Shown: positions 1 through 10,566 of the stretch, piece after piece
Position numbering within the stretch: position 1 is the stretch's first letter
Layout of the letters: each line of letters opens with the position of its first letter
Origin: Aulosira sp. ZfuCHP01
GTDB lineage: Bacteria; Cyanobacteriota; Cyanobacteriia; Cyanobacteriales; Nostocaceae
Assembly (NCBI GenBank): GCA_034530575.1
Contig: JAVRCU010000042.1
Location: 6,648 to 70,647, forward strand
Direction of reading: 5' to 3'
DNA length: 64,000 nucleotides
The notes under the pieces: generated by a model
Databases searched by the model: none
What the model was told of the DNA's origin: nothing
Seen by the model: only the letters and a program-made list of their open reading frames with translations
Position numbers and translations under genes: made by a program

Positions 1-253
1 GTAGTTCCCCCCAACCTAACTCTTTGGCAATAATTGCCGGATATGAGAGTTGCGTATTAAATATAGCTCCACTTTGGAAACCTTGTGTAATTGAGTCTCC
101 CAGCGTTACCAGCCGATTTTTAGGAGTTCCCGTTTTGCTAACATTAACAGCAATGCCTAAGGTTGGGTCTGTAACAGGTTTGCGTGGTTGCACTGAGATA
201 ACCACATCATCTGGTGTTTTGGGATCTAATATAGAACTCGATACATTGGTCAT
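1..253 (-). CDS. SGNH/GDSL-family hydrolase, N-terminal part only; the gene runs off the window start
   Basis: Translating the minus strand from the ATG at 253-251 gives MTNVSSSILDPKTPDDVVISVQPRKPVTDPTLGIAVNVSKTGTPKNRLVTLGDSITQGFQSGAIFNTQLSYPAIIAKELGWGEL. The GDSxTxG block (LGDSITQG) is the SGNH hydrolase block I motif. The tracked plus-strand ORF 24..275 has no recognisable features and is probably spurious. Confidence 0.5.
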   Translation of the reverse strand, partial: MTNVSSSILDPKTPDDVVISVQPRKPVTDPTLGIAVNVSKTGTPKNRLVTLGDSITQGFQSGAIFNTQLSYPAIIAKELGWGEL

Positions 254-692
254 GATTACCTACTGTATTAAGTAATGAACTGAAGACAGAATACTTTAAT
301 GAACCAAATTCGATCGGTAGATATACATAAATCTCAACTACTAGTACCCATTCGGTAAATCAGAGCTACAAATTCTTCTCTCTTGCTCCTCGGTTAGCAA
401 GCCTCAAGTCAAATACTAGCAACCTCCTCGTTGAGGCTATGTTAAGTGAAAAAAAGTTTTGTTAAATTCCGGGAATTTATTTTCCCCAACTTGTAGTTAA
501 AAATTTTTATATTCAATTTTAGTGATTATTATTTATTTTATGACTTTTGTCAGAGCCAATTTAACAACATTTGTGGTATAAATTTTTTCTAGTCGCAGTA
601 ATTTTTGAGATGGGAAATTTATTTTTCTCTGGTCAAATGTATAAAAGAGGGTTATCAAAAGATATCGAACATTTAAACTAATATAAAAATAA

Positions 693-1649
693 GTGGAGGA
701 CAGAACAATGAAATTTGGCGTTGATATTGGGCATAATTGCCCCCCAGACACCGGAGCTAGAGGTCTCAAATTTGAGGATAATTTAACCTTAGATGTAGGC
801 AATAGAGTGATATCTAAGCTACAAGCTTTAGGACATCAAGTCATACCATGTAAACCAAATAGTGCTAGCACAGTAACTCAATCGCTTGCTCAAAGATGTG
901 ACAAAGCAAATGCTAACAGAGTTGATGTGTATGTATCTATTCACTTTAATTCTTTTAACGGGCAAGCAAACGGCACAGAAGTATTTGCTGGTAGCGAAAC
1001 TAGTACAAAGATCGCTAAACCAGTATTAGATGAAATTGTCAAATTAGGATTTTTTAATCGTGGTGTTAAAAGTGGTTCTCATTTATATGTTCTGAGAAAC
1101 ACAAATATGCCTGCGATTCTTGTAGAAGGTTGCTTCCTCGATTCCCAAAAAGATATGAATCTTTTTAATCCAGAAGCACTGGCAAATGCAATTGTCAAAG
1201 GCTTAACAGGTAAATTACCAACCACTCCTGTCAACCCAGTACCAGATGAGGAACAGAATGTAGATACTACAGTTCAAAGGTTACAAAAAACTTTGAATCA
1301 ACTAAAGATAACCGATAAAAATGGTAAACCTTTGGTAGAAGATGGCATAGCAGGTAGTGCTACAAGTTCTGCAGTAGCCAAATTTCAAAAAATTGCTGGA
1401 ATTGCGGAAAGTGGAAATGCTGACAAAGCTACATGGGATGCAATTAATTTGATTTTAGCAAAAAGAATCATTCGTCTAAATCATGCTGGTGGCCCAGTTA
1501 TTCGCTACTTGCAATATCGTTTAGGCGTTGAAGTTGATGGTGTTTATGGCCCACAAACAGAGGCAAGTATGAAAAACTTTCAAAGGCAAAATGGATTACT
1601 CGCTGATGGAATTGTCGGACCTACTACTTGGCAGAAGTTAATTGGTTAG
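693..1649 (+). CDS. N-acetylmuramoyl-L-alanine amidase (Amidase_3 family) with two C-terminal PG_binding_1 repeats
   Basis: The N-terminal MKFGVDIGHNCPPDTGARG...VYVSIHFNSF...ILVEGCFLD region matches the Amidase_3 (CwlD/AmiC-type) catalytic domain. The C-terminus has two DGxxGxxTxxAxxxFQ peptidoglycan-binding repeats. A GGAGG ribosome-binding site lies 8 nt upstream of the ATG. Confidence 0.8.
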   Translation: MEDRTMKFGVDIGHNCPPDTGARGLKFEDNLTLDVGNRVISKLQALGHQVIPCKPNSASTVTQSLAQRCDKANANRVDVYVSIHFNSFNGQANGTEVFAGSETSTKIAKPVLDEIVKLGFFNRGVKSGSHLYVLRNTNMPAILVEGCFLDSQKDMNLFNPEALANAIVKGLTGKLPTTPVNPVPDEEQNVDTTVQRLQKTLNQLKITDKNGKPLVEDGIAGSATSSAVAKFQKIAGIAESGNADKATWDAINLILAKRIIRLNHAGGPVIRYLQYRLGVEVDGVYGPQTEASMKNFQRQNGLLADGIVGPTTWQKLIG

Positions 1650-1856
1650 TTATGAGCAATTCATGGCTATATAAACACTAGGCAAGTGAAGTTTTTTTAA
1701 ATTGTCAATCAGCCAAAAATATGAAAATAACGATTGACAATTTTACTATTGAACTCTGATAGCTTGCTAATAAATAGACAGACTTGCAAAAGTACCTAAT
1801 AAAGATATAAAGGGAGGCAAAATCCTGATTACCTTTACGTAACATTTATTAATCTT

Positions 1857-2969
1857 TTGCAAGAAGTCTATAATTTTAAGTTGGAGAAAATTATGGCTTT
1901 TAATGTCAGCATTCTTAAATTACCAGTTATCAAACTTGGTTCAGAAGGATCTGTTGTTCTTGCTTGGCAAAGCTTTTTAAAAGATGCCGACTTTCCTATT
2001 GGTGTTGCTGATGGTGACTTTGGTAAACAGACAGACCAAGCAACTCGTAGCTATCAACAAAGAAATGGCTTAACTGCTGATGGTGTTGTGGGTAATATGA
2101 CTTATGCCAAAGCACTAGATCGGGGTTTGATTTTCAAACTGAATATTTCCGCGAATACATTGCTAAGTTACCTTGGTTTTGGCGAAGCAGAGGTTAAAGA
2201 TTTACAAGCATCTGTAAATAAAACTGGGCAATTAAATCCTGCTTTAAAAGTAGATGGAGACTTTGGTGATACAAGTAGTAAAGGGTTAGCCGAAGCATAC
2301 AAAAAAAGAGATGTCCGCTTGCGTAGTGAACTAGAACAGGCATTAAGCAATGCTACTAAGCAGAAACTCGGACAAGATTTAACGCCGGCGTTGGATATTT
2401 TAAACGGCTACGCAAAAATTCAAAGATTTTGCCTCAGCGGCCCCCATTGGGTTGATAGCTTCCCTACCAGCAAGTTAATTTCTGATTTAGCTTCACCATT
2501 TCGTCAAAGAGTAGAAGCATTTCAAAAATCACTGATTGATGCAGGATGTCAAGTAATTGTTACCGCTACTCATCGTCCTAAAGAACGTGCTTACTTAATG
2601 CATTATGCAGCCAGAATTTATAGACAAGAAATTGCTGCTAAATATGTGCCAAGCATGGCTGGAGTTGATGTGGAGTGGGAACATTACACTAATGCAGGTT
2701 CAGTACAAGCTGCCGAAGAGATGTTAGATGCTTATGGAATTGGTGGTAATCCTGTTTCCTTAAATTCTCGCCATATTCAAAGACTGGCAATTGATTGGAA
2801 TGTTACCTGGAATGGCAAAATTAATATTAGAGATGGTAATGGGCGAATGGTATCTGTAGGCGACCCACCAAATGCTGCTCTTAATAGAACTTTATGGAAT
2901 GTAGGTAGCACCTACGGAGTGTATAAGTTGAGTAATGACCCTCCCCATTGGTCTGTGGATGGCTATTAA
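1857..2969 (+). CDS. Peptidoglycan-binding protein with a C-terminal LAS-family (peptidase M15-like) zinc metallopeptidase domain
   Basis: There are two N-terminal PG_binding_1 repeats (DGDFGKQTDQATRSYQQRNGLTADGVVG and KVDGDFGDTSSKGLAEAYKK). The C-terminus contains NSRHIQRLAIDWNV, matching the SxHxxxxAxD zinc-ligand motif, and ends in PPHW, which is the M15/VanY/LAS signature. Confidence 0.6.
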   Translation: MQEVYNFKLEKIMAFNVSILKLPVIKLGSEGSVVLAWQSFLKDADFPIGVADGDFGKQTDQATRSYQQRNGLTADGVVGNMTYAKALDRGLIFKLNISANTLLSYLGFGEAEVKDLQASVNKTGQLNPALKVDGDFGDTSSKGLAEAYKKRDVRLRSELEQALSNATKQKLGQDLTPALDILNGYAKIQRFCLSGPHWVDSFPTSKLISDLASPFRQRVEAFQKSLIDAGCQVIVTATHRPKERAYLMHYAARIYRQEIAAKYVPSMAGVDVEWEHYTNAGSVQAAEEMLDAYGIGGNPVSLNSRHIQRLAIDWNVTWNGKINIRDGNGRMVSVGDPPNAALNRTLWNVGSTYGVYKLSNDPPHWSVDGY

Positions 2970-3058
2970 ATAAGGAGAGGAGCAGGGAGCAGAGGAAGTA
3001 GGGGGAGAATAATTGATAGTTTTCCTCTGCGAGAATTGCTAGATTAGGCTACTGTTTG

Positions 3059-3643
3059 CTAGCCACGATTGCGTTCTAGTAGCAGCATCATCATTAAACT
3101 TAGCAGAACCTGTTCTTCTTCGCGATCGCTCACTTGATCTACAGCTTTAATAATAAATCTGCGAGAGAGAAAAGCCGGAATTTTCTCTAAACGCATGACA
3201 ACTGTGCCATCAGTTCGGCTAACCAGGTAGACTGGGTTGAACACATAACCAGTGAACATTCCCACAATTGGGATCTCTGCGAATAAAGCATCTGCAACTT
3301 TGATCCAAGGATTTTTCTCTTGAATGTTGAGATTGCTAGTATCACCATCAAATATGTCATAGCGCGCCCGCCAAAGCGATCGCAATCCCCGCCGTTTGAC
3401 TGCTCCAATCTCCCTACCATTGCTATCTGTGAAGTTGTAACGCGCCGAAAAGTCAATAATTCGGTCAGCTTTAATGTAATAGAGGGGACGGGTACGCTCT
3501 AAGTCAGCAAAGATGGTAATTGCTTCCTTAAGCTTGAATAGTTTCTGCTGGACATAAAAAACCAAATTACCTTGACTATCAACAATCGATATTTGCGGCG
3601 CTAATGCCCAAAATTTGAACGTAAGTTCTAAAGGGTACTGCAT
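3059..3643 (-). CDS. LURP-one-related / Tubby C-terminal-like (DUF567) protein
   Basis: This 194-aa protein has the hydrophobic beta-strand pattern and central hydrophobic helix typical of the DUF567 scramblase-like family. No catalytic motifs were seen. Confidence 0.5.
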   Translation of the reverse strand: MQYPLELTFKFWALAPQISIVDSQGNLVFYVQQKLFKLKEAITIFADLERTRPLYYIKADRIIDFSARYNFTDSNGREIGAVKRRGLRSLWRARYDIFDGDTSNLNIQEKNPWIKVADALFAEIPIVGMFTGYVFNPVYLVSRTDGTVVMRLEKIPAFLSRRFIIKAVDQVSDREEEQVLLSLMMMLLLERNRG

Positions 3644-3872
3644 AATTCAGTGACAACATCAAAATGATTCACTTATTTATCCCAGTTTTCACAGTAAATT
3701 TATTGGGTATTGGTCATTTGTAATTTGTCCCCCTTGTCCCCCTACTCCCCACACTCCCCATTTCCCTACAAAACCAGAATTTAAAAAAACTTTCCCCACA
3801 GGGTGCATAAACTAATCAAGGTCAACCTATTGAGTAAGTGTAAGGGCGAAAGCCCAAGACAAACACTTCAAC

Positions 3873-4544
3873 TTGAGGAGAATGACCATGAAATTCCGTC
3901 ACTTAACTGGCTCTTTGCTAACAGCTACTGCGCTTTTGACCTCTACACTACCAGCATTTGCTGGGCCTTTTGATGTACAGCCTGCTGGTATTTTCAAACC
4001 AGGTATTCTCACCCCTGGTGCAGCTGTAGGTAATGGTACTCCTAAAACTCCTACACCTGGCGCACCTAGCAATCCAGTTGGGAATACTGAAGTTCAAGGA
4101 TTGGGAGACCATCAATCTTGGGTTGACCCGAAAACTTTAGCAAATGACCCCCGTGCTTTGTGTAGTGATGTTGGCTTGGGTAGTAACACCCGCAACAGTT
4201 CTAGCAAATTAGCCTTAGCAACCTCCACTAGCACTCGTTCCAGTTCTTCTCAAAGCCACAATGACGGCGGTGGCGGTGGGGTTAGCTTCTTAGGTATTGG
4301 CGTGAGTGGTAGCGGTGCTAGCCAAGGTAGTCAAAATAACAGCGACTCCAAAGATACCCGCAATAACCGCAATGAGGAAAATAGCAGCAGTTCCTCCACA
4401 GTGGTTCAAGGTAAAAATTGCGATGCTTTCGTTAACTCGGCTGCTGCTAGAGATATGAACTACGAAGACAACCTGACTCGTCGCTATGAAATAAAAACTG
4501 GTCGTCGGGGACAGCAGGTAAATCAACTACTAGACAACAAATAA
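3873..4544 (+). CDS. Secreted hypothetical protein, Gly/Ser/Asn-rich and low complexity
   Basis: It has an N-terminal signal peptide (MKFRHLTGSLLTATALLTSTLPAFAGP), a Pro/Thr-rich linker, a GGGGG block and an S/N-rich tail. A GAGGAG ribosome-binding site is present. Confidence 0.5.
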   Translation: MRRMTMKFRHLTGSLLTATALLTSTLPAFAGPFDVQPAGIFKPGILTPGAAVGNGTPKTPTPGAPSNPVGNTEVQGLGDHQSWVDPKTLANDPRALCSDVGLGSNTRNSSSKLALATSTSTRSSSSQSHNDGGGGGVSFLGIGVSGSGASQGSQNNSDSKDTRNNRNEENSSSSSTVVQGKNCDAFVNSAAARDMNYEDNLTRRYEIKTGRRGQQVNQLLDNK

Positions 4545-4628
4545 GTTATACCAATTCGTAATTTTAAATTAATTCCACGCCGGGGTTAGCACCCTGGCAA
4601 TTACTTTCTTTACTTCTGGGGAGATATC

Positions 4629-5027
4629 ATGAACAGCCCACCTGGAGCAAGAATTATTACCCTGAGTACAATCTTGTTGCTATCGGTAACATCTTTAGCC
4701 AGCGCCCAAACTCCGAGAATGCGTGACTCTCCAATCTTGCCTTATCTTTTAGATAACCCCAATGATAACTCCTTGGTGAAAGTGCGTTGTGTTCCTAGGC
4801 AAGAAGTTAATCGGAATCGACGGATAATTAGAGATAGTCTCTTGCGTCCAACCCAGAGCGACAATCAAACTGTCACAATTGAAATAGAAGGGAATTGTGA
4901 GAATGTCAGAATTCGCGTCCATGATGATTCCCAATCTTCCGATTTCCCTGTTTACAATCCTGATTTAGAAGACTCTTGGCTAACTCGCAAAGGTTCTGGA
5001 TGGTATTGGTTCTTACATCGTCGCTAA
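4629..5027 (+). CDS. Secreted hypothetical protein
   Basis: It has a signal peptide (ITLSTILLLSVTSLASAQ). It lies in tandem with the preceding secreted protein. Confidence 0.45.
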   Translation: MNSPPGARIITLSTILLLSVTSLASAQTPRMRDSPILPYLLDNPNDNSLVKVRCVPRQEVNRNRRIIRDSLLRPTQSDNQTVTIEIEGNCENVRIRVHDDSQSSDFPVYNPDLEDSWLTRKGSGWYWFLHRR

Positions 5028-5063
5028 AAATCAGCAGCAGAGCGAGGGAAATAATTTATAGCT

Positions 5064-6011
5064 TCATTCGATACTGTTGTTTTTGCTCTCAACTCTGCGA
5101 ATGGCATCAATGACAATCTGCGGTCGAGTTTTGGGAATTGCATGACCTGTCTTTGGCAATTCGATGAGTTCAGATCTCATCACGACCTGATGCAACGCCA
5201 ACGAATTTGCTTGAGCGTTAACAATTTGGTCTTGATTTCCTGTGACAATGACAACTGGCACACGAATCTGGCTATAGCGAGGACTGAGGGCTGCCAGCGT
5301 GGGGTTGATTGTGAGGTTGTCTTGCGTCAGAGCTAGGGTTTGGCTTGGGCGCGTCCAGAGTGCCTGTGCAATTCGGAGATAATTCGCTGGTACTGTATCT
5401 GGAGCGAAGGCTTTAATCAGATTTTGCTGGACGAGGTTGCGACCCAGCACCACAGGTAAGATGGCTCTAAATAAATCTCCAATGATCGGCGTTTCCGCAA
5501 TGATTTCTAACAAGGGATTCAACCGTTCCCGCCTGAAGGCAAGCGCACCCAGCAGCACCAGCCCTGAGAGTTCGTTTGGATACTCCAGCGCATAGCCAAG
5601 CGCAACAGAACCACCCCAAGAATAGCCAACAATAATTGGAGTTTCAATGCCTAGCTGTTGCAAAGCTTCCCGTAGCAAACGAGCCTGGTCGATGGCTGTA
5701 ATCGCTTCGTTTCTTGGACGATCGCTATAGCCATGTCCTGGTCGGTCAAAGGCAAAAGTGCGGTAAGCTTGAGCCGCAGAGTTGAATACCTCTGGAGTAA
5801 AGTCCTGAATGAAGCCAGTATTACCGTGAATCAGCACAACTGCTTTGCCTGAACCTTGACAAAGGTAATGTATCCGGACTCCTTCAACGGTAACAAATTC
5901 TCCGATCGGTGGAAACTCAGCTTCAGCCTGCTGGACTGCCTTTTTGCTGGCTAAAACAAGGACGAGGAAGACAGCGACGAGAACTGCAATGACGATTGCT
6001 AGAATTGCCAT
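5064..6011 (-). CDS. Alpha/beta-fold hydrolase
   Basis: There is an N-terminal transmembrane anchor, an HGNTGF oxyanion region and a GYSWGG nucleophile elbow (GxSxG). Confidence 0.85.
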   Translation of the reverse strand: MAILAIVIAVLVAVFLVLVLASKKAVQQAEAEFPPIGEFVTVEGVRIHYLCQGSGKAVVLIHGNTGFIQDFTPEVFNSAAQAYRTFAFDRPGHGYSDRPRNEAITAIDQARLLREALQQLGIETPIIVGYSWGGSVALGYALEYPNELSGLVLLGALAFRRERLNPLLEIIAETPIIGDLFRAILPVVLGRNLVQQNLIKAFAPDTVPANYLRIAQALWTRPSQTLALTQDNLTINPTLAALSPRYSQIRVPVVIVTGNQDQIVNAQANSLALHQVVMRSELIELPKTGHAIPKTRPQIVIDAIRRVESKNNSIE

Positions 6012-6043
6012 AATGATGTGATTCCTGCTTGAGGGTGGGGAAC

Positions 6044-7975
6044 CTAACCAAAGTTTTCAATTGCTACAGATTCAACTGATTCAGCCAATCCAAAACCGAA
6101 AATCTGCGAGTAGAAGTAGAGTTCCCCTTCCAATGAACGCTTGATATTCTCGGCTCTCCGGAAGCCATGCTGCTCACCTTCAAAGGGAAGGTACGCTACT
6201 GGCACACCTTTAACTCTTAGTGCTGTAACCATTGCTTCTGTTTGATTAGGTGGTACTACTTGGTCTTCCAATCCTTGGAAAAAAATCACCGGCGAACCAA
6301 GACGTTCGGTAAAATTGATAGGCGATCGCTCTTGATAAATCTGGCGCTGTTCTGGATAAGCACCAATTAAACGATCTAAATATCGTGACTCAAATTTGTG
6401 AGTATCTCTCGCTAAAGCTTCTAAATCACTAACTCCGTAGTGGCTAGCGCCTGCTTTAAAAGTATCGCGGAATGTTAAAGCACACAGGGTTGTATATCCA
6501 CCAGCACTACCACCAGAAATTGCTAGGCGATTACCGTCTACTTCTCCTTTTTCTACCAAAGAACGCGCCCCATCGGCACAATCATCGACATCAACAATTC
6601 CCCACTGACCATCTAATCTTTGGCGGTACTCTCTGCCATAACCGGTGCTACCACCGTAATTTACATCTAAAACTGCTATACCTCGGCTCGTCCAGTATTG
6701 AATGCGAAAGTTCAAGCTACTCCCAGCGGCGGCTGTAGGGCCACCGTGGCTTTTGACAATTAGCGGCGGTTTCTCTCCTACCGGAGCAGTGTAATCATGA
6801 TTTTGCGGTGGATAAAATAAGGCATAAGCTGTCTTACCATCGGCTGTTGGGTATGCAATTGCCTGAGGTAGGGAAAGATAACCAGCCTCAATCTTCACCT
6901 CACTAGCGCGGCGTAGCACTTCCAGCTTTTTACTTGCTAAGTCTAACTGTACAAGAGCTGTTGACTCAGTTGGAGAACCACCGATAAAAACTACCTTACC
7001 AGGGGCGGCGTGCAGTGAGGAAATGTCTGTATAAGGGGATGGCAGAGGTTCTAGTTGCTTTGTTGTCGTGTCAAGACTAGCTAAATGCCAAATACCTTGC
7101 TGAGTATAACTGCAAATAATGCGATCGCTTGACTCAAAATCATAGGTGGACATTCCTAACACCCACAGAGGCTTACCAAACTCTGCGTTCATTTGAGTTA
7201 AAGTTTCCACACTTCCATCTTGCCAGCGATAGAGATTCCACCAGCCTGTACGGTCAGAAATAAAGTACAGCGTGCCATCTGGAGACCACTGCGGCTGAAA
7301 GATGGATTCCTCTAAACCACCCGCGATTTGTTCAGCTTTTCCTAAAAGTCCATATGCTTGGACTTCTGCTACCCACAGTTCCGTCCCATCCCACGGCATA
7401 TTCGGATGGTTCCAAGTCAGCCAAGCCAAGCGCGAACCATCAGGACTGAGGCGAGGTGAGGCATAAAAGTCGTTACCCCCAAGTAGTTGCTGCGTTGTAC
7501 CATCTCCTTGTAAACCCAAGCTGACCAATGTGTTAACAGCTTCCCTTCCAGCAACGGTATGATCCTCGCACACGCAAATAATTCGCTGGCGTTGATGGTC
7601 AAAAATAGCGTCTGCATAGCGTTTAGCTACTTCTGTTGTGATCGGTTTTGGTTCGCTATCCGCAGATTGACAATACAGGCGTTGGTCGGCAAAGTTAGAA
7701 AAGTAAACTGTGCCATTAACTACAATAAAAGAAGCTCCACCGTATTCATGAACGCGGGTACGCACGTTATAGCCAGCAGGCGTTACATCCTGAATTTGAC
7801 CATCTTTTAACCGTACAATTACGTTCCTACCTTGTTCTGATGGTCGTAATTCGCTCCAGTAAATATCTTTGCCATCAATAACAACTTGCCCTAATCCAAT
7901 TGTTTGGGAAGTCATTAAATCTGTTGTAATTGGCGATCGCCAAGATCCATAAGATGCTACTTCTGGTTTAGTCAT
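6044..7975 (-). CDS. S9-family serine peptidase (prolyl oligopeptidase / acylaminoacyl-peptidase-like) with an N-terminal beta-propeller
   Basis: The C-terminal catalytic domain carries GGSAGGYTT (GxSxGG) and the downstream D and H of the triad (LEDQVVPP...GEQHGF). The N-terminus has TolB/WD40-like propeller repeats (WSPDG repeated). Confidence 0.85.
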   Translation of the reverse strand: MTKPEVASYGSWRSPITTDLMTSQTIGLGQVVIDGKDIYWSELRPSEQGRNVIVRLKDGQIQDVTPAGYNVRTRVHEYGGASFIVVNGTVYFSNFADQRLYCQSADSEPKPITTEVAKRYADAIFDHQRQRIICVCEDHTVAGREAVNTLVSLGLQGDGTTQQLLGGNDFYASPRLSPDGSRLAWLTWNHPNMPWDGTELWVAEVQAYGLLGKAEQIAGGLEESIFQPQWSPDGTLYFISDRTGWWNLYRWQDGSVETLTQMNAEFGKPLWVLGMSTYDFESSDRIICSYTQQGIWHLASLDTTTKQLEPLPSPYTDISSLHAAPGKVVFIGGSPTESTALVQLDLASKKLEVLRRASEVKIEAGYLSLPQAIAYPTADGKTAYALFYPPQNHDYTAPVGEKPPLIVKSHGGPTAAAGSSLNFRIQYWTSRGIAVLDVNYGGSTGYGREYRQRLDGQWGIVDVDDCADGARSLVEKGEVDGNRLAISGGSAGGYTTLCALTFRDTFKAGASHYGVSDLEALARDTHKFESRYLDRLIGAYPEQRQIYQERSPINFTERLGSPVIFFQGLEDQVVPPNQTEAMVTALRVKGVPVAYLPFEGEQHGFRRAENIKRSLEGELYFYSQIFGFGLAESVESVAIENFG

Positions 7976-8782
7976 GCTCTAGCTGCCTCCCTGCTCTTTA
8001 TTATCTTAGCGATCGCATTTTTGCGTGTAGGTACAAAACTCTATCACACCTGGGGGATGGGTAAGATGAGGGGAGTGTGGGGAAACAAGGGCGCAGTGGC
8101 TCCTCTGCAGGCGACTGCGTACTCCAAAGGAGAATTCGTTCGCTGAAAGCGTTCCTGTTCCCTAGAAGAGGGTTCCCGCAGGGTAGGGTAGAGTACCTGA
8201 AAGGGAGCAAGGGAAAAAATGATTATTGCCTATTGCCCAATGACCAATGCCCAAAAATTGTAAGAATGGATACTATTTTTTAGTAAAACTCAAGGTAGAT
8301 TTATTCAGTGCAATGGAGTGTCAAGGGTGCATTTACCAAAATCAAAAATCCAAAAAGCAATTTACGCACCTTAGACCAGCAATTTTCAATCGCTGTTATT
8401 TTAATTAGCTGTTATAGTTTAGGGTTGAAAAATTCTGTAATTAGTCTGGCTATCTCCGCATAGGGTAACAATATTTAAATCCGCTACATTGTTTCAATTT
8501 CCAGTTACCACACAAGGACAGCACGAGAGAATTAGTAGAAGTCCTCAAGCCCCCAGATTTATCTGTTGAATCAATCCGACTATCCACAATCTAAAATACC
8601 CAAGCCTCCAGATTTATCTGTGGGGTCAATCTAAAATCCACAATCCAAAATTGTTGGACTGCTCTAATTCCTAATCTGAAAATCTAAAACCTGATAACTG
8701 ATTTAAGGAGTGCACCCCGAAATAGAAAAATAATTGAAGCACCTGATGATTTTCTAATTCGTGAAGGAGCCAAATTGTTCTT

Positions 8783-9475
8783 TTAAGCTTGTTCAAGCAC
8801 CCCTGGTGGTATTGGCACTAGTTGAGGAGTTGACAAACAAGTTCCTTGTCTGTACCAAATACCCTCAACCTCAAAAGCCTCAAATTGAGTAGTCAAGATT
8901 GCCCAAGCACGCTCATTTAGTCCAGCGGAATAAGTCCAGGTGAACTGTCTATCGTTGTGCAACCTTTGTTCCAGTTCAGCTAAATCCTCAGGTAGCCAAA
9001 ACTGGGTCATGATCCTTTGGGTAGCAATTTCTGGTGGTGTCTGTAACATCTCAGCCATTGGCTGATTCACAATGATTTGTTTGCGAGTATCTTGTCTGAC
9101 GATGCTCACAGGACGCTCATTTTCCCCAGCCGCAACCATACGGTATAACAACTGTGATGGTATGTATAACTGGCTGCAAAACAATCCACCCTCAGATTGC
9201 AATATCCGTTCGGCTGTTTCCGATGGTGTAGGCGCTTGTTCGGTTGCCATCCATCCAAAGAATTCAATTGGTTGCTTACAGCCTCTCCATTGAATCCGTA
9301 CTTTGCCTTTAATCTTACAAGCAGTTTCGCTGAGAGCTTCTCCATAGCTTTGAGCTAAATCAGTAGCATCACGCTTTGTTGGGGCAACAATTGAAACCCC
9401 TTCGTAAGACATTTTACAATTCCACCCTGGTAAGTTGAGGATTCTAAGAATACTCACACTCATCTTCTTTGACAC
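8783..9475 (-). CDS. Hypothetical protein
   Basis: This 230-aa ORF has no recognisable motif. Its start overlaps the upstream gene by 32 nt, so the two are probably co-transcribed. It is followed by a region of ATTTTGG/ATTTTAG repeats. Confidence 0.4.
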   Translation of the reverse strand: MSKKMSVSILRILNLPGWNCKMSYEGVSIVAPTKRDATDLAQSYGEALSETACKIKGKVRIQWRGCKQPIEFFGWMATEQAPTPSETAERILQSEGGLFCSQLYIPSQLLYRMVAAGENERPVSIVRQDTRKQIIVNQPMAEMLQTPPEIATQRIMTQFWLPEDLAELEQRLHNDRQFTWTYSAGLNERAWAILTTQFEAFEVEGIWYRQGTCLSTPQLVPIPPGVLEQA

Positions 9476-9899
9476 CTCCAGAATCTCTATATACTTTTAC
9501 ACCCTTAGCATCGTGATACACGGACATTTTGAAAGTTTCTTCCCAAATTTTTTTTCTGTCCTCCTCTGGGATGTCTAAAACCGATGTGATGATGGCAAAG
9601 TCTCCTGGTGTTGGTAAAACTTCAGCTTTTGCTAATGCTGATAAGTTTTTGACACCACAGCGCTTCAGCTCTGCTATGTTGGCTCGTACCAAATCGGCAA
9701 TTGTTTTTGGAGCCGCTTTTCGAGAGTTGAGAGTATGAGAACCAGTGTTTTTGGCTACCCACTCTTGAGTTATCTCTTCTATAGCGTCGCTTTGGGAAAT
9801 GCCTAAGCGGGCACAGATACTCTTGAACTCTAGAGCTAAATCCAGTGGGATATAGCCACTGATTTGCTTGTAATCATCAGAACGCCTTCTGTCAGTCAT
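9444..9899 (-). CDS. Hypothetical protein with a putative N-terminal ribbon-helix-helix DNA-binding fold
   Basis: The segment ISGYIPLDLALEFKSICARLGISQSDAIEEITQEWV has the beta-strand plus two-helix pattern of CopG/Arc/MetJ RHH proteins. The C-terminal 90 aa is unassigned. Confidence 0.4.
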   Translation of the reverse strand: MTDRRRSDDYKQISGYIPLDLALEFKSICARLGISQSDAIEEITQEWVAKNTGSHTLNSRKAAPKTIADLVRANIAELKRCGVKNLSALAKAEVLPTPGDFAIITSVLDIPEEDRKKIWEETFKMSVYHDAKGVKVYRDSGGVKEDECEYS

Positions 9900-10566
9900 A
9901 TACCAAAATCCTGAATATTACGCTTGTCTTTATTTTCTCTCATGAAGTCTGAAATGCAAGACATTTTTTTGAGTCACATTTAAATGACAGCTTGACAAAA
10001 AAAAATGACAAGCCTAGTATGGGAAATGGAGCAGTAAGCGGCTGAAGACAAAGAAACGGTAGATACTCTATAAGCTAGCTGCTTTTTTTAGTGGCTAGCT
10101 TCTCCCCTTTATTTTAAGAATACGAAAGCTTTTTGACCCGGTTATCTTCAGTATATCTGCTTATAAGAATTTTGCAACACTAGGCTGGTAGTTGAAATAA
10201 GGATATTTCAATTGTTAGGAAAGAGGGTGTTAATAGAAACCTTGTCGCTTAAGAGTCTTAGCACTTATTAAAGAGATGGTGAAGACTGATTTATGATTTG
10301 ATGATTTTAAGGTAGGCGATCGCACAGTAAGTAGGTCAGCATGAATATTTAGCACCATATATGAGAAAGCAGAGGAACAGGGAGACAAGGAAGACAAGGG
10401 AGACAAACTATTTTTGGGTAATAACCTAGAGGAAATACTTAAAAAAATAAAAAATTGACAAATATTTATACTTTAAGAAAACCTTATATTTATCAATACG
10501 AAATTCATTAAAGCTTGATTACGCTATTGGCAGATAAAAATATAACTGCGTAGTAGAGCAGGCTTC

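Noticed and set aside
24-275. Plus-strand 83-aa ORF at the window start
   Set aside because: It has no motif and an odd composition. The opposite strand encodes a convincing GDSL-hydrolase N-terminus (LGDSITQG) that continues out of the window.
3187-3502. ORFs 3187..3456 (-) and 3320..3502 (+) inside the DUF567 gene region
   Set aside because: They are alternative-frame or antisense overlaps of the longer 194-aa ORF, which has a coherent fold pattern.
8001-8283. Overlapping small ORFs 8001..8210 (-) and 8077..8283 (+)
   Set aside because: They are mutually overlapping, sit in a repeat-rich intergenic region, and have no ribosome-binding site or motif.
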